Of a DNA stretch of 64,000 nt, positions 19,762 to 29,201 are shown piece by piece. The stretch is taken from IMG/VR virus record IMGVR_UViG_3300047170_000049, positions 95,289 through 159,288 of that record. One strand, written 5' to 3'. The translations under genes were made by a program, and so were the position numbers. Numbering within the stretch: position 1 is the stretch's first letter; each line of letters opens with the position of its first letter. The notes beneath the pieces are model-generated. The model worked only from the letters and a program-made list of their open reading frames with translations, had not been told where the DNA came from and did no database searches. This stretch comes from a virus.

Positions 19762-20789
19762 GTACAGGTATTTACGACCCAACCAAAACTGGTGGAGGCA
19801 ACTTCACTCGTCGAAATTACTTCGACGTAGAAAAAGACGGCGTTTCTAATGTGTATCGTCTTTTACCCCCGTTCGGTTCATTAGCAAACGACGGTAAAAT
19901 TGCTTACTACTGGGCAATCCACTTTGGATTTAAAAACTCAGAAGGTAAGATGAAGCCTATTGCTTGCATTCAACGTAAGAATAAAGAAGGCGTTGTCACT
20001 CAAGCATGTCCTTTGTGCATTAAACTTAACTCACTTAAGACTGCACACGAAGCAATGAAGCTTAAAGACCCAGAATCACCCATGACCAAAGAACTTGGCG
20101 AAAGACTCCGTTGGTTGAACCTTGATAAAGGGTACTCACTCAACGTTCTTGCTACGGATGGTAAGATTGGCGTTCTCAAGTTAAGATATAAGCCTTTTAA
20201 AGCTTTAGAGACTTTAATCACTAAGCTTCATAAAGAAGAAGGCGTTAATGCAGTTAACCCTGGTGAAGGCGTTTACTTTGATATTCGTCGTACTGGAACG
20301 GGTTTTCAAACTGAATACACCGTTGAAGCTGCCACCCTTACCTATAAGAATCAAGACACTGGTCGTATGGTTAAGGAATACAAAATGGCCGTGGTTGACG
20401 ATTCAATCATTGAGCGCATGGAAAAAGAAGCCGCTGACCTTCCTAAGCTCTATAAGATTTTTAGCGAAGAAGACTTAGCTTTAGTTGCTACAGGCGACCC
20501 CACCGTGTTGGACCGTTTGTTTGCTAAACCTGAGAAGAAAGAAGTTGGTGGTGGTTTTTCTGGTGGTGAAGACGGTGGTGCAGATGAAGATACTGAAGCT
20601 CAAGCCGCTTCTTCACAAGCAAATGCTGTTAAAGCAGCGTATGTTGCAGCCGCTCCAGTGGCAGCAAAAGCTGAACCTGAATTGACCGTGGCGTCTACAC
20701 CAGCGCCATCACCTGCAGCGGCAGCCGCCGTATTGCAGATGTCTAAAGACGAACAAGATTTAGTGGCTCAATTTCTTAACAGAGGATGA
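19758..20789 (+). CDS. single-stranded DNA-binding protein (gp32-like)
   Basis: YRLLPP, H...C...CPLC Zn site, G.G..TEY, acidic/Ala tail; replication context. Confidence 0.7.
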   Translation: MSTGIYDPTKTGGGNFTRRNYFDVEKDGVSNVYRLLPPFGSLANDGKIAYYWAIHFGFKNSEGKMKPIACIQRKNKEGVVTQACPLCIKLNSLKTAHEAMKLKDPESPMTKELGERLRWLNLDKGYSLNVLATDGKIGVLKLRYKPFKALETLITKLHKEEGVNAVNPGEGVYFDIRRTGTGFQTEYTVEAATLTYKNQDTGRMVKEYKMAVVDDSIIERMEKEAADLPKLYKIFSEEDLALVATGDPTVLDRLFAKPEKKEVGGGFSGGEDGGADEDTEAQAASSQANAVKAAYVAAAPVAAKAEPELTVASTPAPSPAAAAAVLQMSKDEQDLVAQFLNRG

Positions 20790-21331
20790 TTATGTCAAAC
20801 GTTACAGCATTAAGTGCTTCAGACCTACATGAAACTTCTGCGAATATCTCACTTCCCAGAGGTAATGGACTTAAGCCCTTAATTCTTGACATGACTAAAG
20901 TTTACGAAGTGGAATCAAGGATTGGAGAAATAGCACACTCCAATCCTATGACCTTCCCAGTTTTAGTCAGTGAGTTTAACTTAAGCTACATTCAAATCAG
21001 TAAGATGGTAGCAGCGGTTCAATTGGAAAAGGCACAAGTAGAGACCATGCTTAACCAAGCTAAGTCAGTAGCCTTACTTGATACCGTAGAACTAACTTTG
21101 GCCAATAAGAAAATTAAGTCAACTGCAGATACACGAGAAGCCGCCCTTCATTTAGACCCACAAGTACAAGAATTTACTCAGCGTCTTAACATGCTTGAGG
21201 CGGTTCACACTCTTCTCAAAGATAAGGCCAAGGGAATTGAAATGGCATATCACGCAGCTAAGAAAGTTGCAGAGTTAAATGCCCGTATTCCTGATGGTTC
21301 TATCAAGGGTGGTTTAAGTGCAGGCGAATAA
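20786..21331 (+). CDS. UvsY-like recombination mediator (putative)
   Basis: Helical protein between SSB and RecA. Confidence 0.4.
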   Translation: MIMSNVTALSASDLHETSANISLPRGNGLKPLILDMTKVYEVESRIGEIAHSNPMTFPVLVSEFNLSYIQISKMVAAVQLEKAQVETMLNQAKSVALLDTVELTLANKKIKSTADTREAALHLDPQVQEFTQRLNMLEAVHTLLKDKAKGIEMAYHAAKKVAELNARIPDGSIKGGLSAGE

Positions 21332-21344
21332 CTTAGGAGATACT

Positions 21345-22391
21345 ATGTCTAAAAAAGAAATTGTTCCAGCTAACAAATGGATGTCTAAATTACTTAAGCA
21401 CGAAGCTGCAGTTAAATACGAATTGCAAGAAGACGCTAAGTACATGAAGTCACCAAGCCCTGGTGTTAATTATTTGTTTGGTAAGAAAATGGGAATGAAG
21501 CCTGGTACGTCCATGCTTCTTTACGGTCCTGCTAAGTCAGGTAAAACCTTATTGTCACTAGCTTTTGCAGGTCAACTACATCGTGATGACCCAGAAGCAA
21601 TCATTCTCCACTTTGATACGGAAATGCGTGAAACCGTGCCTACATGGGCTAAAGTATTTGGCATTGATATGAGCCGAATCGTCACCTACAGCACCAATCG
21701 CCCTGAAGAAATCTTTGACTTCATCGCTACTGATGTTCAGGCGATGATTCAAGAAGGTGCTCCAATCAAGTGTATTATCATTGACTCACTTGCTGCACTT
21801 TCTTATCCCAAAGAAGCCAACGCTGAAAAGACTACTAACCATGTTATGGGTGATGCCGCTGCGTATCTCAACCGTGGTATGAAAGCAATTCTTCCAGTGA
21901 TTCGTCGTGGTGGCATTTACACATTCTTGTGTCAACACGTTCGAGATAATATGGACCCACAAACTGCCAAATATCAAAAGTATGTGATACCTGGTGGTCG
22001 TGGTCTTAAACACTTGTGCGAATACTTCGTCTTGTGTGAGAAAATTAATAATAAAGATTCCAAAACCTTTGATTCTGTTAAGACCGATGGTAGCGGTAAT
22101 CCTATTCAAACTGGTCACCACATTCGCGTAGCAATGGAAGAGAATTCTTGCGGTCCACAAAATCGTAAGATTGAAATTCAATTGTCATATGTGGATGGTA
22201 TTGTTAACCAACACGAAGAAATCGCAACTCTAGCAGTTAACATGGGAGTTATTCAACGCCCTAATAACATGACCTATGCTTACGGCGATAAGAAATGGGT
22301 TGGTTACGCTAACTTTGTTGAAGCCCTCAAAGCAGATTTTGATTTGCAAAGGGAATTACTTGACAAGGTGGTAGAGAACGACCTAACATAA
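21345..22391 (+). CDS. recA: RecA/UvsX recombinase
   Basis: YGPAKSGKT, DTE, IIIDSLAAL, PGGRGLKH; start after AGGAG. Confidence 0.9.
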   Translation: MSKKEIVPANKWMSKLLKHEAAVKYELQEDAKYMKSPSPGVNYLFGKKMGMKPGTSMLLYGPAKSGKTLLSLAFAGQLHRDDPEAIILHFDTEMRETVPTWAKVFGIDMSRIVTYSTNRPEEIFDFIATDVQAMIQEGAPIKCIIIDSLAALSYPKEANAEKTTNHVMGDAAAYLNRGMKAILPVIRRGGIYTFLCQHVRDNMDPQTAKYQKYVIPGGRGLKHLCEYFVLCEKINNKDSKTFDSVKTDGSGNPIQTGHHIRVAMEENSCGPQNRKIEIQLSYVDGIVNQHEEIATLAVNMGVIQRPNNMTYAYGDKKWVGYANFVEALKADFDLQRELLDKVVENDLT

Positions 22392-22405
22392 GGAAATAAA
22401 AGAAT

Positions 22406-22608
22406 TAAGGAATTGTGGCAGGGGAGAACGTCGGTACACGAGCATCAGTCCCCTGAAGCAAGCCGACCTAGGATTCCTTAGTAGTACAGTGGCGTGTATA
22501 GCGAACTCTTATGAGAAGTCAGTAGCTAGGGTGTGTCCTTATCGAACACGGGGCTTAGAAAGCCCTGGGGCATGAACTAAGTGTTATAGCTGCGCCACGG
22601 TACTTTTT
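22406..22608 (+). ncRNA. structured intergenic RNA of unknown class (pseudoknot domain plus multibranch domain)
   Basis: Multiple complementary segments (see findings), ends in T5; strand inferred from context. Confidence 0.6.
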
Positions 22609-22622
22609 ATTGAAAGAAATTA

Positions 22623-23591
22623 ATGGAAGAAAGATTACGTCAATTCTTTGCAGACCAGGGCATTTCTCCCTCCAGTGAGACTGGCCGCTCATTTATTTTT
22701 AACTGCCCAGCTTGTGGTGGCACCCAAAAGCTTTACATGCAGAAGTCGGACGGCTCATCTGTATGCTTTAAACAAGGCACCTCTACATGCCCTAAAAATC
22801 GAAGTAAGCCTCAATTCGTATTAGCTCAATTAACTTCCTTGCCAGTTAAAGAAATAGCCGATATAATTTATTTAAGAACGGCCAAACTAGAGCAAGACAC
22901 CTTAAAAATAGACTTTAGTGATAGGAAAATCACTAATAAAAATCAAGAGTTAGCCCTTGCCACACTAGAGATGCACTTCGTACCCCTATTAGATAATAGT
23001 GCTAAACCTGGTGTCGATTATTTAGCCAGTCGAGGAATTTCCTTTGAGATTGCACAGAAGTATGGGATTATGTACTCAGCGGTCTTTAAGAGAGTTATCT
23101 TCCCTGTCATCATGAAGAACACTCTATATGGGTGGCAAGCACGCGCTATCGAGAAGAACGTAGAGCTTAGGATGAAGAACATGCCTGGTTATTGGAAGAG
23201 CCAGTCATTAATGTTCTACGATAATATAATTAACAAAGATTTTGCTATCTTAGCAGAAGGACCCGTTGATGCACTGAAATTTGAAAAGGTCGGTGGGTTT
23301 GTAGCGTCAATGGGTAAGACCATCTCTACGGCTCAATTAAAGCTTCTTAAGGATGCAAAAATTAAGAGGCTCTATCTTGCATTGGATGATGATGCCGATG
23401 ATAAATTAGATGCTATTAAAAAGTATTTGGATGATGGAGTAACCAATCGAATGCAGTTTTTTAAACTCAAAGTGCCTTCACATAGAGAGGATTTTGGGGC
23501 CTGCACATACGAAGAATGTGAAGAGGCATTTAGGAATGCTAAATCCATGGAAGACTCAATGATTATCTTACCGCTGGGAGTATTTAGATGA
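22623..23591 (+). CDS. DNA primase (Zn finger plus TOPRIM)
   Basis: CPACG, YLASRGI, RVIFP, GWQAR, EGPVDA, LDDD. Confidence 0.88.
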   Translation: MEERLRQFFADQGISPSSETGRSFIFNCPACGGTQKLYMQKSDGSSVCFKQGTSTCPKNRSKPQFVLAQLTSLPVKEIADIIYLRTAKLEQDTLKIDFSDRKITNKNQELALATLEMHFVPLLDNSAKPGVDYLASRGISFEIAQKYGIMYSAVFKRVIFPVIMKNTLYGWQARAIEKNVELRMKNMPGYWKSQSLMFYDNIINKDFAILAEGPVDALKFEKVGGFVASMGKTISTAQLKLLKDAKIKRLYLALDDDADDKLDAIKKYLDDGVTNRMQFFKLKVPSHREDFGACTYEECEEAFRNAKSMEDSMIILPLGVFR

Positions 23592-24370
23592 AAACAAAAG
23601 GTTTTGTGTACCGTTCTGATTTTGAAGGCTTGTATCTGCGAAAGCACTCTTTTAAGTCTGGTCCTTTTGATGAAACAAAACTTAAAACTTACAATGCTTT
23701 AATTAAGAAGTTTGCTTGGAAGGCATACTCCTACAACGTTTCTTTATTTCATAAAGTTGGAATGGATTTAGTAGACTTAGAATCCATTGGAATGTCATAC
23801 CTTTACACATTTTTTTCAAATCCGTGTAGTATCAAGTTTGATAAGAAATTAGACGAGTACCGTATATTGCACCGACATTTACGTCAACGCTATGAACATC
23901 TTATAATTTTTACCAGGCGCAAGGTTAAGGGTATTGTTGACTCAACCAATTACACAGAAGAACACATGGATGGTAAGGCTTCTTGTGAGCACGTTTTTAT
24001 AATTGACCAAATTGCTTCAACCCAAGAAACGCCTGAGAAGCTGGCCTTAAGTAAAGAATTTTCCAATAAAGTAGATTCTTACCTTAAAGACGTATTAGAA
24101 GAAGTTTATCCTGTGAATGAAGGTACATTGAAGAAAATTAAAATCAATGATGCGGATTTTAAAAAAATCTGTTTATTTCACATAGTTAGTCACTACGAAA
24201 CGCCTAGTAGATTCTCTAATTCTGTTACATTGGATACATGGGTCAAACGTAAAATTACAAAAAAAATTAACGATTTTATGATTAATATTAATGAAAGTTA
24301 CGAAAAGAATGATATTAAGAATATAAGCAAGAAGGTCAACAAGATTTTAGAAATGGACTTTGACGCGTGA
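23588..24370 (+). CDS. hypothetical protein, possible divergent sigma-factor region 2
   Basis: YNALIKKFAWK...GMDLVDLESIGMSYL resembles sigma regions 2.1-2.2. Confidence 0.35.
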   Translation: MKTKGFVYRSDFEGLYLRKHSFKSGPFDETKLKTYNALIKKFAWKAYSYNVSLFHKVGMDLVDLESIGMSYLYTFFSNPCSIKFDKKLDEYRILHRHLRQRYEHLIIFTRRKVKGIVDSTNYTEEHMDGKASCEHVFIIDQIASTQETPEKLALSKEFSNKVDSYLKDVLEEVYPVNEGTLKKIKINDADFKKICLFHIVSHYETPSRFSNSVTLDTWVKRKITKKINDFMININESYEKNDIKNISKKVNKILEMDFDA

Positions 24371-25980
24371 AACCCAACCTCTACAATGCCGACGGATTTA
24401 TATGGTCAGAAGCGTGGCAAGAAGCCGTAATAGGTTATTGCTTCGCCGACACCCGTATGTACGTCAAATGTGTCACGCACCTTAAGCCTAATTGGTTTAC
24501 GGGCTCACCTATGCTTCAGCAAATGTTTACCTCAATGAAGGAGTGGTACGATAAGGCGACGCATTGCCCTGCTTCATACAAAGACATTCTTGAGATGCCT
24601 TTCTATGCTGAGAATGATGCCAAGACCAGGCTTGCATACGACACTAAGTTTGCACGATGCGAAGCCTCAATGAAGAATTTTGACTTGGAAGAACTCCAAG
24701 AGAAGCTTACGGGCTTTGCTAGGGCCTCCATGTTCAAAGAAACCATGCTTTTAGCTGGTGAAGAGTTTGGTACGCGTGCTTATGAGAAGGCATACGAGTG
24801 GACCAGCTTAAAAATCCAAGAATTGTTAAAGACCACCTTTGAAGAAGACCTTCTTGCTATGAATTTAAGTAGTCCAGGCGATTGGCTTGTGGAAGAAAAA
24901 TCACGAAGAGAGTTGGCTATTCCAACTGGATGCGGTGCTTTAGATACTGCGTTAGGCGGCGGGTTGTTTAAGCGTGAGACTACAGCAATAATGGCACCAA
25001 CTAATACTGGTAAAACGACCTTTATGATTACAATTCTACGTCATGCGCTTGCCACTGGACGTAGAGTGATGTTTTTTTCGCATGAAGGTAGGCCAGAAGC
25101 TATTCGATTGAGCATCCTTACGGCATTGACAGGCATTCCACGACATAAGCTTTACGATATGTACCAAACCGCTCCTGGAAAGGTAATGATTAACCACGCT
25201 TCTGCAATAATGGAGAAGGGGCTTACTTACATTCCATATGCTTTTACAGGTCAGATGTATGTTGAGAACGTCGTGGCTGAGGCAGTTAAGCGCCAAAAAG
25301 ATGCCATTAGCTTAAAACAACAGCCTTACGACATTATTATAGACGATTATCCTAAGAAATTAAAATCGAAGTATCGCTCAGGCGCTAAAGATATGGCTTA
25401 TCGAACTGAGTTAGCTGAAGTGTACGATGAATTTAACCATCTTTCACAAGAAATCAATGTGCATTGTTTGCTGGCAATCCAGACAAATCGTACTGGGGCT
25501 AAGAACAACAAAGACACCAAGGCTGGGAATTTACTAGACCTTGAAGAAATAGACGAATCTTATGGTGTTGCGCAAAACATGGGCAATATTATCGCCCTAA
25601 ACCGCTCACCTCGTGATGCTGAGTTGAATATCATTAATTATACTATTACCAAATCGAGAAATGCTGCGACCCACGTCACAGTAAGTACCAGAACTGCATA
25701 CGAGTGCTCACTTACGCATGGTGATGGTGCATTGTTTGAAACCGTTGGTCAATATTTTCTAGCAGAAACGTTTGGCAATAAACCCCGTGGTCTTGGAGCT
25801 TACATCACCGATGGTACTACAAAACGTGAAGCGCAAGATATTCATGCTTCTTTGTTGGGAATTGAGCGAAAAGAAAACCCGACAGTGCTCGATAATAACT
25901 TTAAACTTAAACAAGATTATAAACTTTTATCTGATAGCACGAAGCAGCCGAGTCTGCCCAGTGCAACTGAAACCAAATGA
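24367..25980 (+). CDS. dnaB: DnaB-like replicative helicase
   Basis: LDTALGGG, APTNTGKT, SHEG, IIDDY, QTNR, KSRN. Confidence 0.88.
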   Translation: MKPNLYNADGFIWSEAWQEAVIGYCFADTRMYVKCVTHLKPNWFTGSPMLQQMFTSMKEWYDKATHCPASYKDILEMPFYAENDAKTRLAYDTKFARCEASMKNFDLEELQEKLTGFARASMFKETMLLAGEEFGTRAYEKAYEWTSLKIQELLKTTFEEDLLAMNLSSPGDWLVEEKSRRELAIPTGCGALDTALGGGLFKRETTAIMAPTNTGKTTFMITILRHALATGRRVMFFSHEGRPEAIRLSILTALTGIPRHKLYDMYQTAPGKVMINHASAIMEKGLTYIPYAFTGQMYVENVVAEAVKRQKDAISLKQQPYDIIIDDYPKKLKSKYRSGAKDMAYRTELAEVYDEFNHLSQEINVHCLLAIQTNRTGAKNNKDTKAGNLLDLEEIDESYGVAQNMGNIIALNRSPRDAELNIINYTITKSRNAATHVTVSTRTAYECSLTHGDGALFETVGQYFLAETFGNKPRGLGAYITDGTTKREAQDIHASLLGIERKENPTVLDNNFKLKQDYKLLSDSTKQPSLPSATETK

Positions 25981-25999
25981 GCGATAGCGAGGATTATTT

Positions 26000-26515
26000 A
26001 TGCTTGATTTTCTTAGTAGTGTTAGTAGCGGTCTTGGCGCAACTCTTAATGGCACTAAAACCGTAACAATCCAATTACGATACCAGATTCTTCTGGTGGT
26101 AGTTGTATTAGCTGGCGGCTTTGGCCTGGGTAAGTACACCCAACCAACCAAGGTAGTAACAAAGACTGAAACGGTTGTGAAGACTGTTACGGTTGACCAT
26201 GTTAATACCGTTGTGGTGACCAAAGAGGTGGATAAGCCAGATGGAACAAAAGAAATTGATACCACCACGACCGATAAGAGTGTGACCGATACGACCACTC
26301 AGTCTGATGAAAAAACTGACAAGGTTGTCACTAACTCTAAGGCTCAATGGCGCGTTGACGGTTTATATGGAACGCAGATTGGAAGCACGACGGGGTTAGC
26401 CAACGGTCCCGTCTATGGGGTTGGAATTGAAAGACGCATCTTAGGTCCTATATGGGCAGGTGCTCAAGCGAATAGCGACAAACGAGTGGCTTTGACCGTA
26501 GGCTTTGAATTCTAA
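26000..26515 (+). CDS. membrane protein with Thr/Val/Lys-rich stalk and C-terminal beta-strands
   Basis: TM ILLVVVVLAGGFGLG; ends RVALTVGFEF. Confidence 0.55.
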   Translation: MLDFLSSVSSGLGATLNGTKTVTIQLRYQILLVVVVLAGGFGLGKYTQPTKVVTKTETVVKTVTVDHVNTVVVTKEVDKPDGTKEIDTTTTDKSVTDTTTQSDEKTDKVVTNSKAQWRVDGLYGTQIGSTTGLANGPVYGVGIERRILGPIWAGAQANSDKRVALTVGFEF

Positions 26516-26777
26516 CAAAGAGAACACCATGGACCTTAAGAAATATTTTAGTAAAGTGGATGTCCAAGAGATTGAAAGCATAGTTAACGAAATTAAGAAA
26601 GCCAATGGCAGAGACCTCAGAGAGACTGCCATTGGAATCTTAGTTGCTGGTGATGCCGATAATCACGACCATAAAGGCATTACGCGAGTAGATGGTGATA
26701 ATGTTGCTTCTAAAGCATGGATTATTGCCGTACTAACTCACTTAACTTATAAAGGCTACGAGATTAAAAAGAAATGA
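26505..26777 (+). CDS. hypothetical protein
   Basis: Operonic ORF. Confidence 0.55.
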   Translation: MNSNKENTMDLKKYFSKVDVQEIESIVNEIKKANGRDLRETAIGILVAGDADNHDHKGITRVDGDNVASKAWIIAVLTHLTYKGYEIKKK

Positions 26778-26974
26778 CGTTCTTTAAGTCCAAACCAAAA
26801 ATAAAGTTTAAAAGGTATCGAGTAAACAAGCTAGATAAGATGAAAAACTCGTTATCATTTTTGAATAGCAAGTATGGTGGCTTTAGCACCTACGTTAGCT
26901 TCCATGACCGATACACATTTGATTATTTTGAGAAGCTTATTAATAACTTTTTTAAACCAGAGGATGAAGGATGA
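26774..26974 (+). CDS. hypothetical protein
   Basis: ATGA-coupled ORF. Confidence 0.5.
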   Translation: MTFFKSKPKIKFKRYRVNKLDKMKNSLSFLNSKYGGFSTYVSFHDRYTFDYFEKLINNFFKPEDEG

Positions 26975-27978
26975 GCGACACGGAGCACGGTTTTAAGATT
27001 AAGAGGATTACAAAAATTGATGATTTGGCCGCAATGACTCCTGGAGATGCCATCGTGCTGCCAGAATCTGACCTTTGCATTCAACATGAAGATGTTTTGG
27101 TGCAAATGGACTTCGTAAGAAAGACTGGTAAGAAGCGTAACGTCAAAATCAAACCAGGGATTTACTCTATTATCAATTCACCCGCTGGAGTAGACATTGA
27201 AGCCACCACGCTCCAATCTAAACTTCTATTAGAGACCATTGACAATACTTCCAAAATTATGAACGAAGCCGACCTCTTCTTTGCAAACTTGGATGTGTAC
27301 AAAGAATTAGGTCAACCTGAGAAACGAGCCATTCTTTTGTACTCACCTCCTGGATGTGGTAAGTCTTCTGCTATCGCTAAGTCAGTTAAAGACCTTATCG
27401 CCAAAGACCCTGGTACAGTGGTAATGGTTTGGCCCACTTCAGAAGTAGAAGCTGATGACCTGAGTGACTTCCTTTCAATGCAAAGCGAATACACCCCTGA
27501 AGCTACGAAACTTATCTTAATTATTGAAGATATTGGCGGTGGCGAACGAGACGATGCTGGCGGCCAAGCTGGTGTGGATAGCGGCCTTTTAAACCTCCTA
27601 GACGGGGTTACCGTGACCTTTAAGAAGCCTACCTTTATCATCGCCACCACAAACTTCCCAGAGAAGCTTTTAAGCGTATTAGCAGACCGTCCTGGACGAT
27701 TTGATGAGACTGTAGAGCTTACCCCACCTTCTTTTGAAGAAAGGTGCAAATTAGTAGCCTTTATCGCTAAACGCGATTTAACTGAGTCTGAGCAAGACGC
27801 CCTATTCCAAAACGGGGCTGAGAAATTCTCCATTGCCCATTTAAATGAAGTTGTGGTCCGTTCCAGATTAAAAAAGCAAACTTTGGAAAAAACCATTAAA
27901 GATTTAATCAAACATACCGAGAAGTTTAATAAGGGATTTAAGAATAAAAGAAAATCCATGGGAATAGGTGAAGAGTGA
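26971..27978 (+). CDS. AAA+ ATPase
   Basis: SPPGCGKS, IIEDI, LLNLLDG, ATTN, DRPGRFD. Confidence 0.9.
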   Translation: MSDTEHGFKIKRITKIDDLAAMTPGDAIVLPESDLCIQHEDVLVQMDFVRKTGKKRNVKIKPGIYSIINSPAGVDIEATTLQSKLLLETIDNTSKIMNEADLFFANLDVYKELGQPEKRAILLYSPPGCGKSSAIAKSVKDLIAKDPGTVVMVWPTSEVEADDLSDFLSMQSEYTPEATKLILIIEDIGGGERDDAGGQAGVDSGLLNLLDGVTVTFKKPTFIIATTNFPEKLLSVLADRPGRFDETVELTPPSFEERCKLVAFIAKRDLTESEQDALFQNGAEKFSIAHLNEVVVRSRLKKQTLEKTIKDLIKHTEKFNKGFKNKRKSMGIGEE

Positions 27979-28205
27979 ACTTAGCAGTAACTTTTCACTA
28001 CTTGGACAAGAACCGCCAACCCCAGGAATTCATTAGGTTCTTTAGGAGTGCTGAAGAGGCAGTTGAAACATTACTAAAATTAAAACATAAGCTACCTAAG
28101 ATTGGTGGACTTTTTATAGACTACACGGTATTATCGAGAGATGAGTTTTATAAAAAGGAAGGTAGTGAGTATGAAAAACCAAGCCGACGTAAACGTTATT
28201 CCTGA
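27975..28205 (+). CDS. hypothetical protein
   Basis: Coupled ORF. Confidence 0.5.
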   Translation: MNLAVTFHYLDKNRQPQEFIRFFRSAEEAVETLLKLKHKLPKIGGLFIDYTVLSRDEFYKKEGSEYEKPSRRKRYS

Positions 28206-28386
28206 CTCTAACGAGGTCGCTATTCCTAGTGACCCGTTCTTTAATCAAATAAAACAAATTGGCGCGCTTAAAACTAGCGGTGGATTAGATTGCACCGTGT
28301 ATGTGGTGGATTTCTCCCAAAGCAAGGGTGAAAGAATGGTACTGGAAATTAGCCGTACCACCAACACATGGAAGAAATGCAGGTAA
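28141..28386 (+). CDS. hypothetical protein
   Basis: ORF; probable start ATG 28171. Confidence 0.5.
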   Translation: MSFIKRKVVSMKNQADVNVIPDSNEVAIPSDPFFNQIKQIGALKTSGGLDCTVYVVDFSQSKGERMVLEISRTTNTWKKCR

Positions 28387-28390
28387 GACC

Positions 28391-28990
28391 ATGGCTAGAG
28401 TGCCGACTGATGATTTAGAACGGCTGATGCACCACAATGTTCATGTGGCTACTAAGACTATTTACATGGGTAGCGAAGAAGTGGACATTGATGGTAATGA
28501 GTCTGGTACGGACGCTGCTATGGCTGCACGGATGATTAAAGCCCTGCATCATTTGGACTCTGCTACGGACCCTGAAAAACCCATCACCATTATCATGAAT
28601 AACTTAGGCGGCGACGTTCAACATGGTATGGCTATTTACGATGCCATCAAAGCTTGTAAGAGTGAAGTAATTATTAAAGTCTTTGGCCACGCAATGTCCA
28701 TGGGCTCAATCATTCTCCAGGCTGCCGATAAGCGGGTTATGTCACCTAATTCTAAAGTCATGATTCACTACGGCACTGATGGAGCTTATGGCCACCCAAA
28801 GATTGCTCAACGCTGGATGGATGAAGCCAAGAAGTACAACAAATGGATGCTAGAGCTTTACCTAGAAAAAATTAGAGAGAAGCACCCAGACTTTACCAAG
28901 AAGCAAATAGATAAGTTACTGGATTTTGACACTATTTACAGCGCCAATAAAGCTGTGGAAATGGGATTAGCCGATGAAGTTCTTGAGTAG
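28391..28990 (+). CDS. clpP: ClpP-like protease subunit
   Basis: NNLGGDV..GMAIYD, AMSMGS (Ser), MIH (His), D..SA..AVEMGLADEV. Confidence 0.85.
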   Translation: MARVPTDDLERLMHHNVHVATKTIYMGSEEVDIDGNESGTDAAMAARMIKALHHLDSATDPEKPITIIMNNLGGDVQHGMAIYDAIKACKSEVIIKVFGHAMSMGSIILQAADKRVMSPNSKVMIHYGTDGAYGHPKIAQRWMDEAKKYNKWMLELYLEKIREKHPDFTKKQIDKLLDFDTIYSANKAVEMGLADEVLE

Positions 28991-29201
28991 TATTCTTTTT
29001 ATTTTGCTTATTTCCGTAGTTCTTGTGGTATTAAGTGGATGTAGTAATGCAGGTTCGCACCGCTTCCAGTTGTCCAATGGCAATATAGTAACTTGTGAAG
29101 GCTACATCTCAAGCAGTTGCGGAATGCACCTTTATAAGTGCGATAGTGGTAATGAATATATTTGTCAAGTTAACGTAAACATATTAGGAGAAAAGAAATG
29201 A
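28974..29201 (+). CDS. small Cys-rich lipoprotein
   Basis: Lipobox LSGC. Confidence 0.55.
   Translation: MKFLSSILFILLISVVLVVLSGCSNAGSHRFQLSNGNIVTCEGYISSSCGMHLYKCDSGNEYICQVNVNILGEKK

Noticed and set aside
22406-22480. Minimal RNase P or c-di-GMP-II riboswitch identity for the pseudoknot
   Set aside because: Topology and a few motifs are reminiscent, but the bulged-U P4 register and the GCAC/GUGC pairing are missing
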